DNA of 24,000 nucleotides from Amphibacillus cookii (GTDB lineage: Bacteria > Bacillota > Bacilli > Bacillales > Amphibacillaceae): the NCBI RefSeq assembly GCF_016908375.1, contig NZ_JAFBDS010000001.1:381142-405141 (forward strand), read 5' to 3'. The notes under the pieces are model-generated. The model made no database searches. It had not been told where the DNA came from and was given only the letters and a program-made list of their open reading frames with translations. Shown piece by piece: positions 1 to 9,429 of this stretch. The number at the start of each line of letters is the position of its first letter. Position 1 is the first letter of the stretch. The position numbers were made by a program, and so were the translations under genes.

Positions 1-2
1 GC

Positions 3-137
3 TATGCTATAATTGCTATTTTAGCAATGTTATCTAATTACAGTTTTAACCCATTCATACAAGAAGGTTGGGCGATTGTAATTGCAACAATACTAGCAAG
101 CTTCTTTGGAACGTTTATCATAAGGAGGGAAAAGTAA
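3..137 (+). CDS. azlC: C-terminal fragment of AzlC-family branched-chain amino acid permease (truncated by window edge)
   Basis: Open frame from the window start: YAIIAILAMLSNYSFNPFIQEGWAIVIATILASFFGTFIIRREK*. It is hydrophobic and its stop overlaps the azlD start (taATG), the typical azlCD arrangement. Confidence 0.65.
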   Translation, partial: YAIIAILAMLSNYSFNPFIQEGWAIVIATILASFFGTFIIRREK

Positions 138-430
138 TGCCAACACTTTTCATTATTACTTTAATGGCAGTAGTTACAGCCATTCCACGTCTTATGCCCG
201 CTTTTATTATTGAACGTGTAAAATTTCCAACATGGATCGGTCGCTGGTTAGAGGTCATTCCATATGCGGCATTAGGTGCTTTGATTTTCCCTGGTATTTT
301 AACAGTGGTTCCTGAGCGTCCATACATAGGGCTAGTAGGTGGGGTAGCAGCTATTATTTTAGCGCTATTCCGTGTTCATATTGTCCTTGTGGTTTTAGGC
401 GCTTCGGTTGTTGTTTATTTCGTGCTTTAA
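137..430 (+). CDS. azlD: AzlD-family branched-chain amino acid transport protein
   Basis: ATG at 137 after AAGGAGGGAAAAGTA. The protein MPTLFIITLMAVVTAIPRLMPAFIIER...PYAALGALIFPGIL... has the AzlD pattern. The upstream GTG start at 68 in the ORF track is unlikely. Confidence 0.8.
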   Translation: MPTLFIITLMAVVTAIPRLMPAFIIERVKFPTWIGRWLEVIPYAALGALIFPGILTVVPERPYIGLVGGVAAIILALFRVHIVLVVLGASVVVYFVL

Positions 431-1308
431 TCATCAATGGTCTCAAGGTTGGGTTCTACATGGATATGTGCATGAGGAATACTATATTGATCAGCTAAAG
501 CAATTTCAATACGATCAGTAATCTCATGCCCTTGCGCAACGGTAATTGAGGGATTCACATAGATAATAATATCAAGAAATGTTTGATTACCATGATGTCG
601 CCCTTTAATATCTCTCACTTTAATGATTTCGGGATCTTCCTCGATAAATGTACGAATTACCGCAACGGTATCATCGTCAAATCCATCTGTTAACGTATGA
701 CTTGTATCTTTAAAAATCTTCCAAGCAGTATAAACGATAACACCCCCAACAAAAATACCGGCAATGGGATCAAGCCAGTACCAACCTACTTGCGCGCCTA
801 AAATACCAATTAATGCGGATAAGCTAATTAACGCATCTGATTTATTGCCTTGAGCTGTTGCATACAATGAGCTACTATTTATTTTTTTTGATAAACGTAA
901 GTTAAATACATAGACAGCAATCATTATCATTGTAGAAATTAAAGCCGTCCAACTTGCCAATGCAGTTGGCTGTGTATAAGTACCTGACCAGATGATTTGA
1001 AAGGAAATTAAGATTACCTGTAAACCTACCGTCACCATTATAAAAGAGGCCATTAAAGACGCAATTAATTCAGCTTTGAAGTGTCCATAATGATGATCCT
1101 CATCCGGTGGTTTACGAGAAATGCGTAACCCAATTAACACCGCGATTGAGGCGATGACATCGGTTGTATTATTCAATCCATCCGCTCGAAGGGCTTGGGA
1201 ATTGGCAAAATAAGATACGATTAATTTCGCGATAGCGAGAAGAAGGTATGAGAAGATACTTACCCATGCGCCGCGTTCTCCTTTTTTTAATTGATCATAT
1301 GGATTCAT
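427..1308 (-). CDS. Cation diffusion facilitator (CDF) family transporter
   Basis: Contains NVIASIAVLIGLRISRKPPDEDHHYGHFKAE (HDxxH-like metal site), GNKSDALISLSALIG and IADPIAG-like motifs. Start chosen at MNPYDQLKKGERGAW, preceded by GGAAGGAAGAG. Confidence 0.9.
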   Translation of the reverse strand: MNPYDQLKKGERGAWVSIFSYLLLAIAKLIVSYFANSQALRADGLNNTTDVIASIAVLIGLRISRKPPDEDHHYGHFKAELIASLMASFIMVTVGLQVILISFQIIWSGTYTQPTALASWTALISTMIMIAVYVFNLRLSKKINSSSLYATAQGNKSDALISLSALIGILGAQVGWYWLDPIAGIFVGGVIVYTAWKIFKDTSHTLTDGFDDDTVAVIRTFIEEDPEIIKVRDIKGRHHGNQTFLDIIIYVNPSITVAQGHEITDRIEIALADQYSIPHAHIHVEPNLETIDD

Positions 1309-1344
1309 TGCGTCTCTTCCTTCCTGAAAACGGCATAAAAACAG

Positions 1345-1477
1345 TTTATCACAGATAACCGTCCGTAAAACCTCCCTCAAAATAGAGAGTAGAGCAAATC
1401 AATTGAGGTGGGTGATAACGGAGTCTAATGTTTTGATTCACTCAACGAACCTTTAATCATGGCTGGTTCATTAAATC
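1345..1477 (+). repeat. Dispersed intergenic repeat, copy A (short form)
   Basis: TTTATCACAGATAACCGTCCGTAAAACCTCCCTCAAAATAGAGAGTAGAGC...GAGGTGGGTGATAACGGAGTC...GATTCACTCAACGA is shared with the copies at 7060, 7673, 9430 and 15543(-). Confidence 0.75.
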
Positions 1478-1732
1478 AGAACATCTTACACTATTTTTTT
1501 CCTATGTTGATTCAATTTAGACTATAAGTGAACGATTAAGATACACGCGGGATGATTACGCTTGAAAAATGGGTTGCTCTTCAGTTAGCAGCTATCAATT
1601 TCTCTTATGATAATTTACCCATAATGCAAAAAAAAAACCGTTTACTTATCATGGAAAAGGGTATATAAAATATAAATATAGATAATTAACCCTACAGCAT
1701 CAACTAAAATGGGATAAAAGGGGCTGGATTCC

Positions 1733-1978
1733 ATGAAAAAACAAAAAGTGTATTATTGTTTGCAACGCACCCATCGTCATTATGCAAAATACATGATAGC
1801 AAAGCGAGATTTATCATTTGAAATAAAGCTAACTGCACAACTAATGTTAGATTCGCTTATTGCAGATTGGAATAAAGCAGATTTTGATCGACAAATTAAC
1901 GAAGCCATTGACCAACACGATGTTGAACGTTTTAAAGAAATAAGTGAGGCTAAAAAACATTATGCTTGGGAATATTGA
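1733..1978 (+). CDS. Small IDEAL-domain protein
   Basis: 81 aa. LTAQLMLDSLIADWNKADFDRQINEAIDQHDVERFKEISEA resembles the IDEAL domain (LDxLL...ID.ALD..D...F.eLs). Confidence 0.6.
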   Translation: MKKQKVYYCLQRTHRHYAKYMIAKRDLSFEIKLTAQLMLDSLIADWNKADFDRQINEAIDQHDVERFKEISEAKKHYAWEY

Positions 1979-2021
1979 CATGATAAAACCTTGTCAGTAT
2001 CTGACAAGGTTTTATCATGTC
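1977..2021. terminator. Long perfect hairpin, probable (bidirectional) terminator
   Basis: GACATGATAAAACCTTGTCA-gtatc-TGACAAGGTTTTATCATGTC, a 20-bp perfect stem overlapping the stop codon. Confidence 0.6.
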
Positions 2022-2110
2022 ATCTTTACAGTTGAGGAAAAATGTGTCTATTTGTTAATGATAAATTTATGTTATAGTGTAGGGAGTGTAATAAATTGAG
2101 GTGACTCACA

Positions 2111-2899
2111 ATGAAATTATTAATAACGACAACGCTAATAACGCTAGTATTTCTTAATGGCTGTCAGCAAATACAGCAAGATGATACGGCTAAACATGCT
2201 GATATGGTGTCACAGAAGCGCGGATCTGTTCTAATCGAAAAAGGAATTGTTGAATTATCTGACGAACAAGATCATGATAAGAACGTCGCAGGTATTGATC
2301 CAGAGACAGAATTATATGTGGTTGATAACCCTGACAGTATTGAGGTTTATGTTAATAAACAACGTCGTTTACCTGAAGGCTACGAACCTGATGATTTAGT
2401 TGAACCCGATGTTGAGCACTTATCGCAACAAGGTGTTAATCGTCGTTTATTAAGACAAGAGGCGGCTGAAGCATTAGAGTTATTATTTGAACAGGCTGAT
2501 GAACAGGGAATTGATCTTGTTGCGGTCTCAGGTTATCGCTCTTATGAGCGCCAAAAGACGATTTATCAAAGTAATGTTGCTAATAAAGGGCAAGAGGAGG
2601 CCGATCGTTTTTCAGCGCAGCCTGGGACGAGCGAGCATCAAACCGGCTTAGCGATGGATGTAAGTGCGGCTTCTGTTTCATTTTTACTTGATCAAGCTTT
2701 TGATCAAACGGATGAAGGTAGTTGGTTAGTTGAGCATGCCCATCAGTTTGGTTTTGTTATTCGTTATCCGGAAGGAAAAACAGACATTACGGGTTATGAG
2801 TTTGAACCATGGCACCTTCGCTATCTTGGTGAGGAACTTGCCACTCATCTCTATGAAGAAGATTTAACACTAGAAGAATATTTTGGCTATCATTATTAA
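2111..2899 (+). CDS. M15/VanY-family D-alanyl-D-alanine carboxypeptidase, lipoprotein
   Basis: Lipobox-like LITLVFLNGC signal. SGYRSYERQKTIYQS, PGTSEHQTGLAMDVS and GYEFEPWHLRYLG are VanY/M15 zinc peptidase motifs. Confidence 0.93.
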   Translation: MKLLITTTLITLVFLNGCQQIQQDDTAKHADMVSQKRGSVLIEKGIVELSDEQDHDKNVAGIDPETELYVVDNPDSIEVYVNKQRRLPEGYEPDDLVEPDVEHLSQQGVNRRLLRQEAAEALELLFEQADEQGIDLVAVSGYRSYERQKTIYQSNVANKGQEEADRFSAQPGTSEHQTGLAMDVSAASVSFLLDQAFDQTDEGSWLVEHAHQFGFVIRYPEGKTDITGYEFEPWHLRYLGEELATHLYEEDLTLEEYFGYHY

Positions 2900-2900
2900 T

Positions 2901-2940
2901 AAAAAGCACCTGCAAAAAGTAGTTTTGCAGGTGCTTTTTT
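2901..2940 (+). terminator. Intrinsic terminator
   Basis: AAAAAGCACCTGCAAAAagtaGTTTTGCAGGTGCTTTTTT. Confidence 0.92.
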
Positions 2941-3040
2941 AGGTTAGATAGCTTGTTGTCCTGTACTGAGTCAAGCTAACTGAAGAAAAACTTAAAAATT
3001 ATGATACAATAAGAAAAACGGTTAGCGGAGGAATTAGGAA

Positions 3041-4426
3041 ATGGATAAAAGAACGGAGTATGACACCATCGGACCGATTGAAGTCGAACAAAATAAATAT
3101 TGGGGCGCTCAAACCCAACGAAGTCTTGAAAATTTTCCGATTGGTAATGAAAAGATGCCAGATCGATTGATAGAAGCTTTTGTTATGCTAAAGCGAAGTG
3201 CTGCGATCGCCAATCATCAGTTAGGCAATCTATCGAAGTTAAAAAGGGAAGCCATTATTTATGCGTGTGATTGCTTGTTATCTGGTGAGCGAACAGAGCA
3301 TTTTCCACTTGTTGTTTGGCAAACAGGTAGTGGCACCCAAACGAACATGAACGTAAACGAAGTGCTCAGTTATATCGGTAATCAATATTTAATGAATCGA
3401 CAACAAGACGTGCGCCTTCACCCAAATGATGATCTCAATCAATCGCAGAGCTCTAATGATACCTTTCCCACTGCTATGCATATAGCCAGTGTGTTAGCGA
3501 TAGAGGAAGAATTATTACCCGCATTGTTGATGATCACACAAACATTAAAACACCAAAGTGAGAAGTACAAACATGTCGTTAAGATAGGACGTACACATCT
3601 TCAAGATGCAACACCACTGACATTTGGACAAGAAATAACGGGTTGGTTACATATGGTTGAAACAATGACTATCATGATAAAAGAAGATTTAACGTATTTG
3701 CATGAATTGGCAATCGGTGGCACCGCAGTTGGTACTGGGATTAATGCTAATCCGCAATTTGGGAAAATCGTTGCAGAACAATTAACGTTATTTACAAATC
3801 GCCCTTTTCAATCAGCTACTAATAAATTTCATGCACTAACGAGCCATGATCAAATGGTACGTGCACATGGTACTTTGAAAGCATTAGCTGCCGACTTGAT
3901 GAAGATAGCCAATGACGTTAGGTGGCTAGCTAGTGGACCGAGGGCAGGTTTTGGGGAAATTGACATTCCTGCTAATGAACCAGGAAGTTCAATTATGCCA
4001 GGGAAAGTCAACCCTACTCAAGCCGAGGCATTGACAATGGTTGCTGTTCAAGTGATGGGGAATGATGCCACGATTGGTATTGCTGCTAGTCAAGGTAACT
4101 TTCAATTAAATGTGTTTAAACCTGTTATTGCATATAATTTTCTCCAATCGGTACGTTTGTTAGCAGACAGTATCTGTTCTTTTACTGAACGTTGTTTGGT
4201 GGGCCTAACACCTAACGAAGAGAAAATGACTGCTTATTTAAATGATTCACTTATGTTAGTCACAGCATTAAATCCATATATAGGGTATGAAAAAGCCGCG
4301 AAAATTGCTAAAAAAGCCTTTGATGAGCAATTAACATTAAAGCAAGCCGCGATACAATCTAACTTGGTATCGGAAGCTGAATTTGATCAATGGGTAGATC
4401 CTAAACGAATGATTGGCGATGTGTAG
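3041..4426 (+). CDS. fumC: Class II fumarate hydratase
   Basis: NKYWGAQTQRSLENFPIG, TGSGTQTNMNVNEV, GRTHLQDATPLTFGQE and the signature GSSIMPGKVNPTQ. RBS is GCGGAGGAATTAGGAA. Confidence 0.95.
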   Translation: MDKRTEYDTIGPIEVEQNKYWGAQTQRSLENFPIGNEKMPDRLIEAFVMLKRSAAIANHQLGNLSKLKREAIIYACDCLLSGERTEHFPLVVWQTGSGTQTNMNVNEVLSYIGNQYLMNRQQDVRLHPNDDLNQSQSSNDTFPTAMHIASVLAIEEELLPALLMITQTLKHQSEKYKHVVKIGRTHLQDATPLTFGQEITGWLHMVETMTIMIKEDLTYLHELAIGGTAVGTGINANPQFGKIVAEQLTLFTNRPFQSATNKFHALTSHDQMVRAHGTLKALAADLMKIANDVRWLASGPRAGFGEIDIPANEPGSSIMPGKVNPTQAEALTMVAVQVMGNDATIGIAASQGNFQLNVFKPVIAYNFLQSVRLLADSICSFTERCLVGLTPNEEKMTAYLNDSLMLVTALNPYIGYEKAAKIAKKAFDEQLTLKQAAIQSNLVSEAEFDQWVDPKRMIGDV

Positions 4427-4518
4427 TCAATCGCGCTAGATTTTTCCTTGCGAGCTAGTAATTAACGCTATTAAAGTAAATAGTTTTACCCATACTAGCA
4501 GTAAGGAGGTGAACAACG

Positions 4519-4719
4519 ATGACTGATAGAAATCAAACAAATAAACTTGTTGTTCCCGGTGTTGAGCAAAAGTTAGAGCAAATGAAATATGAAATTGCAC
4601 AAGAATTCGGAGTTACACCTGGACCGAGTGAAACTGCACGTGCAAATGGATCAGTTGGTGGTGAAATCACTAAAAGACTCGTCCAAGAAGCACAGCATCA
4701 AATCGGCCCACGTTCTTAA
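4519..4719 (+). CDS. Alpha/beta-type small acid-soluble spore protein
   Basis: 66 aa. [10 protein letters not shown] (GPR protease site region), [21 protein letters not shown] is AAGGAGGTGAACAACG. Confidence 0.95.
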   Translation: MTDRNQTNKLVVPGVEQKLEQMKYEIAQEFGVTPGPSETARANGSVGGEITKRLVQEAQHQIGPRS

Positions 4720-4786
4720 ATAAAAAAAACTTTAATCAGTGGGCGTTTTAGGACGGCTATCTGTAAAGCTATAAGTTAGAAAATTG

Positions 4787-4825
4787 AAGAGAGGCATCGA
4801 TAATTATAATCGATGCCTCTCTTTG
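4787..4825. terminator. Bidirectional terminator between convergent SASP and msmX genes
   Basis: AAGAGAGGCATCGAT-aattata-ATCGATGCCTCTCTT, a 15-bp perfect stem. Confidence 0.85.
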
Positions 4826-4847
4826 TATCATAAAGGGGGGTAAACAC

Positions 4848-5951
4848 TTATTTAATGGCTAACTCTGTTTCTACATCAAAGAAATGGGATTTGTGCATAT
4901 CGAAAGCCAATTGTATATTATCGCCACCATCGACATCGGTGCGTGAATCTACACGAGCAATGAATTCTTGATCAGATAATTTTGAATACAAGTAAGATTC
5001 AGATCCCATCAGCTCCGCCACTTCAATTTGGGCTTTGATTGTTGAACCAGGGTTTGCATCGACAAAAACAGGTTCATCATGAATATCTTCAGGGCGCACA
5101 CCCAGCACAAGTTCTTTACCAATATAGCCTTGTTCACGAAGAACTTTCATTTTTCCTTCAGGGACTTGAATGGTTTGTTTTTCGGAAAGGCGGAATCCAG
5201 CTTCTTCTAACGTTCCATTGAAAAAGTTCATTGCAGGTGACCCGATAAAGCCAGCTACAAAGATATTGTCCGGTTTATCATATACTTCTTTCGGTGCCCC
5301 AACTTGTTGAATTACTCCATCTTTAAGTACGACAATACGCGTTGCCATCGTCATCGCTTCGGTTTGGTCGTGTGTAACATAAATGGTTGTTGTTTGTAGA
5401 CGTTGGTGAAGCTTCTGAATTTCAGCACGCATTTGACCACGCAGTTTAGCATCTAAGTTTGATAATGGCTCATCCATTAAGAATACCTTTGCATCACGAA
5501 CGATAGCACGACCGAGCGCAACACGTTGGCGTTGCCCACCAGAAAGTGCTTTTGGTTTACGATCTAAATAAGGTTCAAGACCAAGTATTTGTGCCGCATT
5601 TTTAACCCGGCGTTCGATTTCATCTTTTTTAAATTTACGCAACTTCAAACCAAATGCCATGTTGTCATATACATTCATATGTGGATATAAGGCATAGTTT
5701 TGGAACACCATGGCGATATCACGATCTTTAGGTGCGACATCATTCATTAGCTTATCATCAATGTAAAATTCACCTGCTGTAATTTCTTCAAGACCTGCGA
5801 TCATACGTAAAGTTGTTGATTTACCACAACCCGATGGACCAACGAATACGATGAATTCTTTGTCTTTGATTTCAAGATTAAAATCATCAACCGCTTTGAC
5901 GCCATCCTTTTCATAAACTTTATCAATATTCTTTAATGATAATTCAGCCAT
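4848..5951 (-). CDS. msmX: Multiple-sugar ABC transporter ATP-binding protein (MsmX/UgpC family)
   Basis: Walker A GPSGCGKST, ABC signature LSGGQRQRVALGRA, Walker B VFLMDEPLSNLDAKLR, and a C-terminal TOBE-like region with LGVRPEDI. Confidence 0.93.
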   Translation of the reverse strand: MAELSLKNIDKVYEKDGVKAVDDFNLEIKDKEFIVFVGPSGCGKSTTLRMIAGLEEITAGEFYIDDKLMNDVAPKDRDIAMVFQNYALYPHMNVYDNMAFGLKLRKFKKDEIERRVKNAAQILGLEPYLDRKPKALSGGQRQRVALGRAIVRDAKVFLMDEPLSNLDAKLRGQMRAEIQKLHQRLQTTTIYVTHDQTEAMTMATRIVVLKDGVIQQVGAPKEVYDKPDNIFVAGFIGSPAMNFFNGTLEEAGFRLSEKQTIQVPEGKMKVLREQGYIGKELVLGVRPEDIHDEPVFVDANPGSTIKAQIEVAELMGSESYLYSKLSDQEFIARVDSRTDVDGGDNIQLAFDMHKSHFFDVETELAIK

Positions 5952-5971
5952 TGTAAAATCCTCCTCAAAAT

Positions 5972-5985
5972 TGTAAGCGTTTTAC
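5972..5985. promoter_or_regulatory. Candidate catabolite-responsive element (cre) in the msmX leader
   Basis: Reverse complement GTAAAACGCTTACA matches TGWNANCGNTNWCA at 12 of 14 positions by hand count. Confidence 0.35.
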
Positions 5986-6092
5986 TTGATGGGTTAAGTC
6001 TACTTTAAAATGGTGTATTGGTAAATGTTAATCATGCACAAAAAGTTATCTTTTGTTTGTGCACGCTTACAAAAATGGTTTTCAGCTATCAT

Positions 6093-6989
6093 TCAATCAA
6101 GATAGCGCTTTATTAACAAAATTAAATATACAGAAATAGCACCCTCAAATTGTTTTACCTCAATTTCAGTTTTCTCGATAAATTTATCAATTCGATACTG
6201 TAGACTATTACGGTGCATATACATTTCTTTAGCAGCAAGACTTGTGTTTGAATTGCATTCAAGAAATGTTTGGATGGAGCGCAATAATTCTTCATCAGTT
6301 GCTGTTTCTTTTAAAATTGCTTTAACTAAAAAATGATAATCGTGTTCTGCACTTAATGTCGGTAATAAATAAGGTACAGCAGAAACATAAGACATCACTG
6401 ACTTGACATTAAAAGCTTTCATTTGATTAAAGCTATCTTTCATCCAATGATAATAACGTTTTGCATCGGTAGGAGAAGTCATATATGGGCCAATATAAAA
6501 ATGGACGTCAATTAAGAAATCGCTTGTGAAAATCTCAGCCATTTCAAAATATGATGGATTATCTTCCTCGAGAAAACGCTGTTCTTCAATGATAATACCT
6601 GATTGCTGATCAATCCACATCAGTGGTGGGGTGATGGGATATAACCCATCAATTGCTTCACGAAAATCTGTTGGATCTGTTAACGATTCAGATAAGCTAA
6701 AGTAGACAAAGCGATAATCTTTAGACAGAAGGTTAAACGTTTCTGGAAATTGTTCAAATAGTAATTGATACCAAAGTTGCTCTCGAGCTGTAATGGGTGG
6801 ATGTGCACCATGGTAGGGTGTTAACATAAGTGATAACAAGGTTAAATCTTTATCATCTAGCTCTGTTTTTGCAATACCGATCACATCATTCGATGATGTC
6901 GTAAACCATTTATACGCATAGAAATCCACACTTTCCTGCTCATTGATAATGGTTAAACTAGGATAAAGTTGTTTTAATTGGTTGATCAT
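6093..6989 (-). CDS. PucR/CdaR-type transcriptional regulator with C-terminal HTH
   Basis: The C-terminal segment AIVKAILKETATDEELLRSIQTFLECNSNTSLAAKEMYMHRNSLQYRIDKFIEKTEI is the PucR C-terminal HTH signature. The gene sits next to msmX, as yxkF does in B. subtilis. Confidence 0.85.
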   Translation of the reverse strand: MINQLKQLYPSLTIINEQESVDFYAYKWFTTSSNDVIGIAKTELDDKDLTLLSLMLTPYHGAHPPITAREQLWYQLLFEQFPETFNLLSKDYRFVYFSLSESLTDPTDFREAIDGLYPITPPLMWIDQQSGIIIEEQRFLEEDNPSYFEMAEIFTSDFLIDVHFYIGPYMTSPTDAKRYYHWMKDSFNQMKAFNVKSVMSYVSAVPYLLPTLSAEHDYHFLVKAILKETATDEELLRSIQTFLECNSNTSLAAKEMYMHRNSLQYRIDKFIEKTEIEVKQFEGAISVYLILLIKRYLD

Positions 6990-7059
6990 ACTTTAAACCC
7001 CTCTAATAACTATTTCTTTATATTATAGCAAATTGCCCTATGAAGCGGTAATGATAATT

Positions 7060-7327
7060 GGATAACCGACTGTAAAACCCCCTCTCAATTAGAAAGTAGA
7101 GATAAATCTATCTAGGTGTAGGTGATAACTGACGCTCATGTCCTGATGCACTCACCATTAGTGGGTGGGTAAGATCGTAGACTAAAACCGCCACATCTTT
7201 AAAAGGATTACAGACTAAGATCGCCACGTCCTGTGGCAACGTCTGCATGACCTACATCCTGTAGGCCCACGTCTGTATGACCTACAATCCTGTAGCCCTC
7301 CGCCCGCGGATTGAAGGTTCGTTTTAT
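7060..7327 (+). repeat. Dispersed intergenic repeat, copy B (long form with hairpin modules)
   Basis: GATAACCGACTGTAAAACCCCCTCTCAATTAGAAAGTAGAG...GTGATAACTGACGCTCATGTCC...AGTGGGTGGGTAAGATCGTAGACTAAAACCGCCAC...GTCCTGTGGCAACGTCTGCATGACCTACATCCTGTAGG...TTGAAGGTTCGTTTT. Confidence 0.8.
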
Positions 7328-7374
7328 TTATACGATCGCTCAGCTTCCTTGTTGTAACGGGTTTAAAATAAAAA

Positions 7375-7401
7375 AAGATTTCATCATAATGATGAAATCT
7401 T
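7375..7401 (-). terminator. Intrinsic terminator for tRNA-Arg
   Basis: AAGATTTCATCA-taa-TGATGAAATCTT. The minus strand continues into TTTTTTT. Confidence 0.85.
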
Positions 7402-7410
7402 GTCTGTTAA

Positions 7411-7483
7411 CGCGCTCGGAGGGATTCGAACCCCCGACACATGGCACCGGAAACCATTGCTCTATCCCCTGAGCTACGAGCGC
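7411..7483 (-). tRNA. tRNA-Arg (anticodon CCG)
   Basis: Minus strand GCGCTCG TA GCTC AGGGGATA GAGC A ATGGT TTCCGGT GCCAT GTGTC GGGGG TTCGAAT CCCTC CGAGCGC G folds into a full cloverleaf. CCA is not encoded. Confidence 0.96.
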
Positions 7484-7672
7484 ATAATAGAAACAAAAGG
7501 ACAAGAAATATTATAACGGATATAAGCATATATTTCAATGAGCAATATTACAGATTTACCTAATCATTGATAAAACAAGAAAAATAGTCAGCTGTCTGTT
7601 ATAATAATGAACGAGGTTTAATTTTCCATTTGTTCGGGGAAGATGTAGTTAATAAATGTGTTGAATTGAACG

Positions 7673-7900
7673 ATCACAGATAACCGTCCGTAAAAGGCCC
7701 GCCTCAAAATAGAGAACAGAGCTCATCTATTAAGGCTGGAGATAACGGATACTCTTGTCCTAATTCACTCAATTAACCGCAGTGGGCGGGTAAGATCGTA
7801 GGTCACGTCCTGTGGCAACGTCTGCATCACCTATATCCTGTAGGCCCACGTCTGCATGATCTATGTCCTGTATCCGTCCACGGGTTGAAGGTTCGTTTTA
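7673..7900 (+). repeat. Dispersed intergenic repeat, copy C (long form)
   Basis: ATCACAGATAACCGTCCGTAAAAGGCCCGCCTCAAAATAGAGAACAGAG...AGTGGGCGGGTAAGATCGTAGGTCACGTCCTGTGGCAACGTCTGCATCACC...GGGTTGAAGGTTCGTTTTA. Confidence 0.8.
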
Positions 7901-7931
7901 TTTGACCTTTATTGACCAATTAGGTACTATT
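7901..7931 (+). promoter_or_regulatory. clpP promoter with overlapping CtsR-type operator
   Basis: Bottom strand GGTCAAT-AAA-GGTCAAA (7901..7917) fits the CtsR heptad direct repeat RGTCAAANANRGTCAAA with one mismatch. It overlaps a -35 TTGACC (7902..7907). An 18-nt spacer leads to -10 TACTAT (7926..7931). Confidence 0.75.
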
Positions 7932-7981
7932 AAAGTAATGAAGAAATTTTATTATGTGTATCCTTAAGGAGGAAGATAGTT

Positions 7982-8563
7982 ATGAATTTAATACCTACAG
8001 TTATTGAGCAAACAAATCGAGGAGAGCGTGCATATGACATTTACTCTCGTTTATTAAAAGATCGGATTATTATGTTAGGTAGTGGGATTGATGACAATGT
8101 TGCAAATAGTATTGTCGCTCAACTTTTATTCTTAGAAGCAGAGAGTCCTGACAAAGATATTTCTATTTATATTAATTCACCGGGTGGCTCGATTACAGCT
8201 GGTATGGCGATTTATGATACGGTGCAGTTTATTAAACCTGATGTATCGACGATTTGTGTCGGGATGGCTGCTTCAATGGGTGCCTTTTTACTTGCGGCTG
8301 GAGCACCGGGAAAACGCTATGCTTTGCCAAATAGTGAAGTGATGATTCACCAGCCATTAGGCGGGACGCAAGGCCAAGCCTCAGATATTCAAATTCATGC
8401 TAAACGAATTATAGAAATGCGGGAAAAATTAAACCAAATTCTCTCTGATCGAACTGGTCAACCATTAGAAGTGATCGAAAAAGACACAGACCGTGATAAT
8501 TTCATGTCAGCAGAGGCAGCTAAAAAATATGGTTTAATTGATAAGGTGATGGAGAAGAAATAA
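7982..8563 (+). CDS. clpP: ATP-dependent Clp protease proteolytic subunit
   Basis: [52 protein letters not shown]-like region, [11 protein letters not shown] (catalytic Ser) and VMIHQPLGG (catalytic His). Confidence 0.98.
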   Translation: MNLIPTVIEQTNRGERAYDIYSRLLKDRIIMLGSGIDDNVANSIVAQLLFLEAESPDKDISIYINSPGGSITAGMAIYDTVQFIKPDVSTICVGMAASMGAFLLAAGAPGKRYALPNSEVMIHQPLGGTQGQASDIQIHAKRIIEMREKLNQILSDRTGQPLEVIEKDTDRDNFMSAEAAKKYGLIDKVMEKK

Positions 8564-8566
8564 GGT

Positions 8567-8594
8567 AAAAAGCTAGCATTAGCTAGCTTTTTTT
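8567..8594 (+). terminator. Intrinsic terminator of clpP
   Basis: AAAAGCTAGCattaGCTAGCTTTTTTTT. Confidence 0.9.
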
Positions 8595-8900
8595 TCGTCT
8601 AGAAAATTATAAAATTTATGAGCGGTGGATAACGATATAACAGAATAGTCATATCCAGACCATCTCTTTGTTAAAAGGCATAACTATCCATAAAACGCCT
8701 ATTTATCATTATATTGTAGTTTTTACATGAACATAAAATGAATGTGCATGCTTTCTCTCTTGCTCTTAGCAATTTAGGGTAATAAAAGAGAGGGATCTGT
8801 GTATTTTTTTGACTTCCTTTAAAGCCTTGATACGATAAACACTACCATCATATTTAGTATAGAGCCTTTTATTTGTCCTCTACTATTAGAGTCGATATAA

Positions 8901-8939
8901 AAAAACCATTAGTCCTTAGAGAGGCCTAATGGTTTTTAA
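8901..8939 (-). terminator. Terminator of yheA
   Basis: AAAAAACCATTAGtccttagagaggCCTAATGGTTTTT. Confidence 0.75.
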
Positions 8940-8950
8940 GGTTTTCAGCA

Positions 8951-9298
8951 TTAATCTTGTGCGCCATAAAGTTCTTCTAATGGCTTTGTAATCGTACGAC
9001 TAATATTATTGATTAACTCATTGACACGTTGTTCTTCATCCATAAGCTTAGAAATTTGATCATGCTGTTGCACAGTTTCAACAATTTTACGTGCCTGATC
9101 AACTTCTTCTTCAGTAATTTCTTGACCTTGCATTTGCTTTTGTTGAAGTTCTAATTGAGTATTACGAAAATCATCAAACATTTTCTTTGCGATTTCATCA
9201 CTCATCACTGCATCATAAGCAGCCTTTAAGCTGTTAAATTCTTCGCTATCACGGATAGCTTGTTCAAGTGCACTCGCACTTTCTTGAATGTTCGACAT
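8951..9298 (-). CDS. yheA: YlbF/YmcA (Com_YlbF) family protein, YheA-like
   Basis: 115 aa helical protein: MSNIQESASALEQAIRDSEEFNSLKAAYDAVMSDEIAKKMFDDFRNTQLELQQKQMQGQEIT. Confidence 0.85.
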   Translation of the reverse strand: MSNIQESASALEQAIRDSEEFNSLKAAYDAVMSDEIAKKMFDDFRNTQLELQQKQMQGQEITEEEVDQARKIVETVQQHDQISKLMDEEQRVNELINNISRTITKPLEELYGAQD

Positions 9299-9429
9299 AT
9301 AATAAAATCCTCCTAAAATATAGTGACCAATGTTTGGTCGGTCATTTTTTTACTGTTCCACTATAACAAACTTAACCCATTAAGCCAAATCAAACCTATT
9401 ATGCACTAAATTATAAAAATATGAACGGA

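Noticed and set aside
118-327. Minus-strand ORF opposite azlD
   Set aside because: Shadow ORF fully antisense to a well-supported gene, with no RBS or family resemblance.
5039-5221. Plus-strand ORF inside msmX
   Set aside because: Antisense to a clear ABC ATPase gene, with random-looking composition.
8595-8900. ~300-nt gap between clpP and the yheA terminator as a hidden RNA gene
   Set aside because: I found no strong hairpin, ORF with RBS or recognised motif, so it is not reported as a feature.
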